DNA from: Octopus vulgaris
Taxonomy: Eukaryota
Assembly: GCA_951406725.2 (NCBI GenBank)
Contig: OX597837.1
Span: 40,734,001 to 40,798,000 of the forward strand
DNA: 64,000 bases
Direction: 5' to 3'
In this document: positions 58,031-64,000 of the stretch, piece by piece
Layout of the letters: the number at the start of each line of letters is the position of its first letter
Position numbering within the stretch: position 1 is the stretch's first letter
Notes under the pieces: model-generated
What the model saw: only the letters and a program-made list of their open reading frames with translations
Told to the model about the DNA's origin: nothing
The model's database searches: none
Made by a program: the position numbers and the translations under genes

Positions 58031-58839
58031 AATATTTAGTCACGGAGAAAGTTCCTGTCGACGTGAATGTCGGGGCCAAGTCAGATTCCAAGCAATTTAA
58101 CCGGTCCAACTTTCCAGCGATATTTTATTATATTCGATGGCGTAGACTTGCTTCTCTTTTGTTCCGATTTCTTTGGATTTCCTTATATTGTTGTTGTCAC
58201 CTTGTATTCCTGCAGTACACTGTTTCTAAGGACCCTATTCATTACTATTTTATTCTGGTTGACCCCAGATCCATTTGATATTTTGAAACTAGTTTTAGAG
58301 CTACTTCTTTCAAATTTCCTATTTTGTAATTCACACATTAACTTGTATAGGCTGAACTATGTAAAATATCAGAGAAAGAAACCAAATTTTCTCTTGCAAT
58401 AAATACCTCTAACTCAATTTTTTTCATGGATCCCTAAAATACTATTTTGGGTCCCTCATTTACTACCTGCCAGGAGTCACACACTTCTGTGATAAACATC
58501 ACGCAACTCTATAAGAATGTCGTTGGCAGATCATCAGACACGGGTGTTTCGACATAATTTGGTTTCTTCAGTGCTGAGCATCTCCAGACATTCTGAACTT
58601 AGTCAAAAAAATATTGGTTTCGATATAGAAATCAATAAATAATCTAGCGCTGTTTTAAATGACTATATTAATTTGATTTTTTCTGGCCACCTTTCAAGTC
58701 AATAAATGCTGTGTTTTCCGATTTCTATATAGGAATAAATAATTTTCTGTGTAGCCTGAGGTGTATCTGTCATTGAGGCGACTGAATGAATTCGAAACAG
58801 TATGACTGATGATCCACCGACTTCATTCTGAACGGCGTG

Positions 58840-58962
58840 TTGGTAGTATTGTTAGCGCATTGGACAAGAAGCTTACAGACATTTTTCTGGCGATATATGA
58901 TCCGAGTTCAAATCCCATCGATGTCAACTTTGCCAGTCATCCTTTCGGGGGATCGATAAAAT
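58840..58962 (+). mobile_element. SINE family B, decayed
   Basis: gagttcaaatcccatcgatgtcaactttgccagtcatcctttcgggg. Confidence 0.65.
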
Positions 58963-59049
58963 CTGCAATGAAGCATATCCGTATATGAAAGTAAAAAAGA
59001 TATAAAAAATGAAACTAAATAAATATATTTAGATTTATATATATATATA

Positions 59050-60331
59050 TTGGGTTGAGAAATGACTTATGAGCGTTCTTTTCAAATTTAAAAACGCACG
59101 CAGAAATAAAACGCATCGGCAAAATATTTTATGTTATTTGAAAGAGAATGTTTTTCTCTACAAGATAGTGTGTTTTGACTTTTTAATTTTATTGATATTT
59201 GCGTATTTTCAGATCACAAAATGGAATGCCAAGGGGACAAAACAGAGCATTTTCGGCACCAATTGCTTTTTGCATTTAATCGAGGTGTTAAGGTAGAAGC
59301 TACTCGTGAGATTTGTGCTGTGTTTGGAGAGAAGGAGCAATGCTTCAGAGTTGTTGGTTTTCATGCTTCAAAAATGGGCATTTTGCCCTTAAGGACGGAT
59401 CACACAGCGGTCCACCAATTGAATTTGATGAAGAGCGATTGAATCAACTTCTTCATGAAAATCCACGTCAAACAACCAGAGAATTGACGGAGCAGATGGA
59501 TTGTGATAAAAAAAAAACTGTGGTGAATCACATTCTCTTAATGGGTAATGTTCAAAAACTCGGCGCTTGGGTGTCCCATACTTTGAGCGAAAACAACAAA
59601 AATCAACGCTCCACAATCGTTGTCAGTTTACTCGCACGACATCACCCAACAGATGGTCACAAACAGCGTTTTCTTCACCGCATTGTCACTGGCGATGTAA
59701 AATGGTGCCTTTACGTCAATATGAAGCAGCGAAACGAATGGCTCAGCCCCGACAAAGAAGCGACTCTACGAGTAAAACAAGACCTTCGTCCTCGGAAGTC
59801 CATGTTGTGTGTATGGTGGGACTGGGAAGGCATAATTCATTACGAACTGCTTGAGTGCAACCAAACACTCAATGCGGAGGTCTACGTTCAACAACTGCAT
59901 TAACTCAACGAAGCAAATCAGCAAAAAGACCGATTAGGCAAAATGGCGTTCTTCTGCAACACGACAACGCCGATCCTCAGATCGCCAATGTAACCAAAGC
60001 TGCGATTCAAGAAGTGCGACGGGAAGTACAGCTTCATTCTCTATAATCTGATGCTGTCAGACTTTCTTCTCTTTCGACCGCTTCCGAATTGCTTTGTGCG
60101 GTGTATCATTCAATAATGACGTGGAATTGAGGGCTTGGTCGGACGAATTCTTTGAGTCAAGACCGGAAGATTTCTATCGCCGAGGCATCGAAAAACTTAT
60201 TGAAAAGATGAGACGAAGTCGTAAACAACAGCGGAGAGTATATTATTGATTAATTTGTTGAAGCTTTTATTTTTGCTTAAAATAAGTTTGAAAAAAAAAA
60301 AAAAAGGCTGATGAATTGTTCCTCAACCCAA
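59050..60331 (+). mobile_element. Full-length (~1.28 kb) mariner transposon relic
   Basis: TIRs ttgggttgag.../...ctcaacccaa, TA on the left, single transposase ORF. Confidence 0.93.
59221..60253 (+). pseudogene. Mariner DD34D transposase, frameshifted
   Basis: MECQGDKTEHFRHQLLFAF, WVSHTL, RIVTGDVKW, CVWWDWEG, LLQHDNA, GEYIID*; split over several frames; SPDLAP region decayed. Confidence 0.92.
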
Positions 60332-60680
60332 TGTATTTATATGTATGTAGTATTAAAAGGAAAGACATCACGACAGGTGAAGACATCGACATACTGAGCA
60401 GTGTCGGTATTCCTATTGATGATTCTGATGATGATGATGATGAGGATGCTGTTGGTTGTAGAGGTGGTATCTTTGATGTTTGTATGGCGATGTTGATGAT
60501 AATGATGATGACGATTAGGACGTTGATGAAAGTTATTAATTATTATTAAACCCACCCACTTTATTGTATGTTGCATTACGTCCTTTGATGTCGTCCTGAA
60601 TGATACAAGAAATCATCATCATCATCATCATCATAATTATTATTATTTTTATTATTATCATTGTTGTTGTTGTTTTGTTG

Positions 60681-60751
<71 letters not shown>

Positions 60752-61301
60752 GAGTGAGAGAGTAGTACATGCCATCAAAGTGACACTGGGGTAAAATATA
60801 CGAAGCCCAGTATACCCATCATGACTACCCGTCTGATAAGGGTACACCAGGCACATGCATCACAATCATATGTGCGCGACATGGTGATCTCATATCAAGA
60901 TAAACAGTGCATGATCTTGCAGGTGGGGCCCAGTTAGAATTTTCTTCTGGTCGAGTAGCCCATCCCGCTCAAAAGGTCTCTGAATAAAAATTGTTTAAGG
61001 ATGTTGAAACGAAACACCCATGTTTCCAGAGGTGAATTATCCAAACCTCTAAGAATTCTTTTCAACACATGGCTCACCCACTACTTCTACTCATGATCAA
61101 AGATGCACATATCGTCAGCCACTAAGGGACATGGTCACCTGGTTAAGATCAAACAACTGACAAGCAAATCTGTGGTATTGAGCAGAATATTTGCTGTAGC
61201 CCATCTTTTATACAAAAACAAAACAACGTACAGGATAACACTTCCAATCAAATAAGGTCAGAAGCCATGAGAGCCACTGCTAGGTACTGCATCAATGCAT
61301 T
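60752..61301. mobile_element. ~550-bp non-coding element inserted in (ATT)n, copy 2
   Basis: Colinear with 55091-55625 plus ~25 extra terminal bases. Confidence 0.85.
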
Positions 61302-61318
61302 TATTATTATTATTATGA

Positions 61319-61349
<31 letters not shown>

Positions 61350-61358
61350 TATTATATT

Positions 61359-61565
61359 AGGCGGTGACCCGGCAGAATCGTTAGCACGTCGAGCAAAAGT
61401 GCTTAGCGGCATTTCATCCGTCTTTACATTCTGAGTTCAAATTCCGCCGAGGCCGACTTTGCCTTTCATCCTTTAGGGGTCAATAAAATAAGTACCAGTA
61501 CTGGGGGCGATGTAAATGACTTTTCTCCACCCCAACTTGCTGGCCTTGTGCCATAATTTGAAACC
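61359..61565 (+). mobile_element. SINE family B monomer
   Basis: ggcagaatcgttagcacg...gagttcaaattccgccgagg. Confidence 0.85.
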
Positions 61566-61579
61566 GTTACTACTACTAC

Positions 61580-61650
<71 letters not shown>

Positions 61651-61657
61651 TTATTAC

Positions 61658-61693
<36 letters not shown>

Positions 61694-61713
61694 TATTATT
61701 ATTATTATTATCA

Positions 61714-61777
<64 letters not shown>

Positions 61778-61794
61778 TATTATTATTATTATTA

Positions 61795-61903
<109 letters not shown>

Positions 61904-62287
61904 GTAGCTTTAGCGTTGGTGGTCGCTGGTGGTGCTGATAAAATATTTAAATATAATAATGCCGTGCCGCTAAATGCACCAGAGATGAAAAATGCAGATT
62001 ATAAGTATATTTTAAACTGGAATAAAAAATGCATGACGGGAAGGGAAAGGTGTTGGTGTCGCTGGGGAAAACATCAATCGTTTCGTCTTAAGCGATTATC
62101 GGCCCCTTAACCACAAACACGCGCCCGTTGTTAAAGCCGTGTTTTGTTAAACTAATTGCCGTTATTGTAATAATAGTAGTTATAATAGAAATACTAGTCG
62201 CCATTGGAATTGTTGTTGTTGCAGCTATTGTCGTTGTTGTTGTTGTTGTTACAACACTCGGAGTTGTTTCACTGGTCGATTTGCTTA

Positions 62288-62382
<95 letters not shown>

Positions 62383-63204
62383 GTTGTTGTTATGTGCTAT
62401 TGTTGTCAAGACTTCTGACACACTCAAACAATAGACATATTAACACCGACCATCACTGCTAAATCGTAGATAATGATACCCAAGACAATTCGCTTCTTGT
62501 TAAAGCTGTCGCTTCATTGTGCAAAAGAGGTGTTTAGTCAATTATATATTAAGCTACGTACACTTCCAGTCAATATCACTGCGCATTGTACCACCGTTAT
62601 TACAGCCACGTGTTTCCACTTAAAAAGTCACTACTCGTTCCACACACACATATATATATATACCCTAGGTATTGTTTTTGTCTTTGTTGCTGATTGTAGT
62701 TGCACTTAAAAGTGTGCAGCCAAAAGCTGTGCAATGAAATTGCTTCTAAACGGATCGGATATATGATTGTTCTTTTTTTTTAAAAAATGGTTTGCATAAT
62801 TCATAAGTACAAATATTCTCCATAACTTTGTCAAATGCAACATGAGAGTAAATGATCCGTGATGAATATTTAATAAGAATCGAAACTAGTAGATATCATC
62901 TTAGGTTTGATTTTTTAACTATCTTTAACTATTAAAACTCCTGTGGTTTATCCGTGGCTCATATTTTCCTCTGCGATAGCAAATATTTTTGCTACGTTTT
63001 TATTAAACAGGCTGTGAATGCATTCCAAACGTTTACCGTCTTACTCACAGTTAGGTTTTCTAAACTTTGTCAGTCTCAACGGTTAGTATATAAATTCTTA
63101 GAAAATTACTATTTTTAAATCTCGTGAGACCTAAAAATTGTAATTTAAAAATAGTAATTTAAAATAGTAATAGTCGTGAGATATTCAGCAACGGTACTTT
63201 GTAG

Positions 63205-63452
63205 TAAAGATTGTTTGCCAACATAACATGGCAGTTCTGGTTTAGGACGAATGTTGCTATAATTTAGCCCCAGGAGACATCGTCTCCAGTTGGCTATACG
63301 ACACGATCTGTGTCCTTATATTTCCTTGTTCGAAAATATAAGGACACAGATCATGTTGCATAGCCAGCTGGAGACGATGTCTCCTGGGGCTAAATTACAG
63401 CAGCAGTCGTCCTAAACTAGGACTGCCATGTTATGTTGGCAAATAATCTTTA
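63205..63452. mobile_element. Fold-back MITE (~119-bp arms, ~10-nt loop)
   Basis: 63205-63323 is near reverse-complementary to 63334-63452; TA at both ends. Confidence 0.85.
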
Positions 63453-63548
63453 TATATAAATTCTGTTATATTTCCTATTAGATAAGAATTCAGAGATATA
63501 TTCCGTTGGCTTATTCCAAATAGATAGCCTCCAACCATATATGCTCCG

Positions 63549-63736
63549 TGGAGGCGCGTGGCTTAGTGGTTAGGGTGTTGGACTCTTGATTGTATGATTG
63601 TAGTTTCGATTCCTAGATCGGGCTACGCGTTGCGTTCTTGAGCAAAACACTTCATTTCACTTTTGTCCACTCCACTCAGCTGACACAAGTGAGTAACCTT
63701 GCGACGAACCCCCGTGTCCCGTCCGGGATGGGAATA
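63549..63736 (+). mobile_element. tRNA-headed SINE (family C relative), truncated by a DNA transposon
   Basis: tggaggcgcgtggcttagtggttagg...gtttcgattcc...cttgagcaaaacacttca. Confidence 0.75.
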
Positions 63737-63738
63737 TA

Positions 63739-64000
63739 CAGGGTGATTCAAAAGTCGCCACGCGTAGGAGCAATTTATGTTTTTACAAGAAACAGTTTAT
63801 AAGAACAGCTTTTTTTATTTATTTAACAGGTTCTATATGGTTACGATTGTTTTGAATACACATTGCAATACGTTTACCCCACTCATAGTGAACTTGTTAT
63901 AATATCACATCTGGTGATACGTGTTCAAAGGAGTTCGTGATGCGTTCCTTCAAATCATTTATGTCTTCTGTCTTTCCGCGAGACACCATGTCTTTCAAAT
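63739..64000 (-). mobile_element. Tc1/mariner element 3' end running off the window
   Basis: TA|cagggtgattcaaaagt terminus; minus translation LKDMVSRGKTEDINDLKERITNSFEHVSPD...KRIAMCIQNNRNHIEPVK*. Confidence 0.75.

Overview
AT-rich eukaryotic intergenic/intronic DNA. The repeat families and extreme microsatellite load suggest a coleoid cephalopod, probably Octopus (inference, not verified). No host protein-coding exon could be supported, and almost all supplied ORFs are translations of (TA)n, (CA)n, (TACA)n, (GATA)n, (ATT)n, (GAT)n or (GTG)n tracts. The only recognisable coding sequence is decayed transposon ORF: a full-length mariner relic (59050-60331), four other Tc1/mariner fragments, a Dong/R4-like LINE 3' end and a CR1-like LINE 3' end. 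The rest is three or four tRNA-headed SINE families (several with target-site duplications), Helitron-like and Mutator-like non-autonomous elements, fold-back MITEs and two degenerate satellites. The most interesting signal is a set of short (TA)n-embedded elements carrying minimal type-I hammerhead-ribozyme (HHR) motifs with short, mostly palindromic stem III, as in Penelope-like elements and retrozymes. One is a 555-nt-period tandem double-HHR unit (15140-15953). Across families the core pair 3-8 occurs as C-G, U-A and G-C, which looks like covariation preserving the catalytic pair. Coordinates were read by eye, and ends of decayed elements are approximate.
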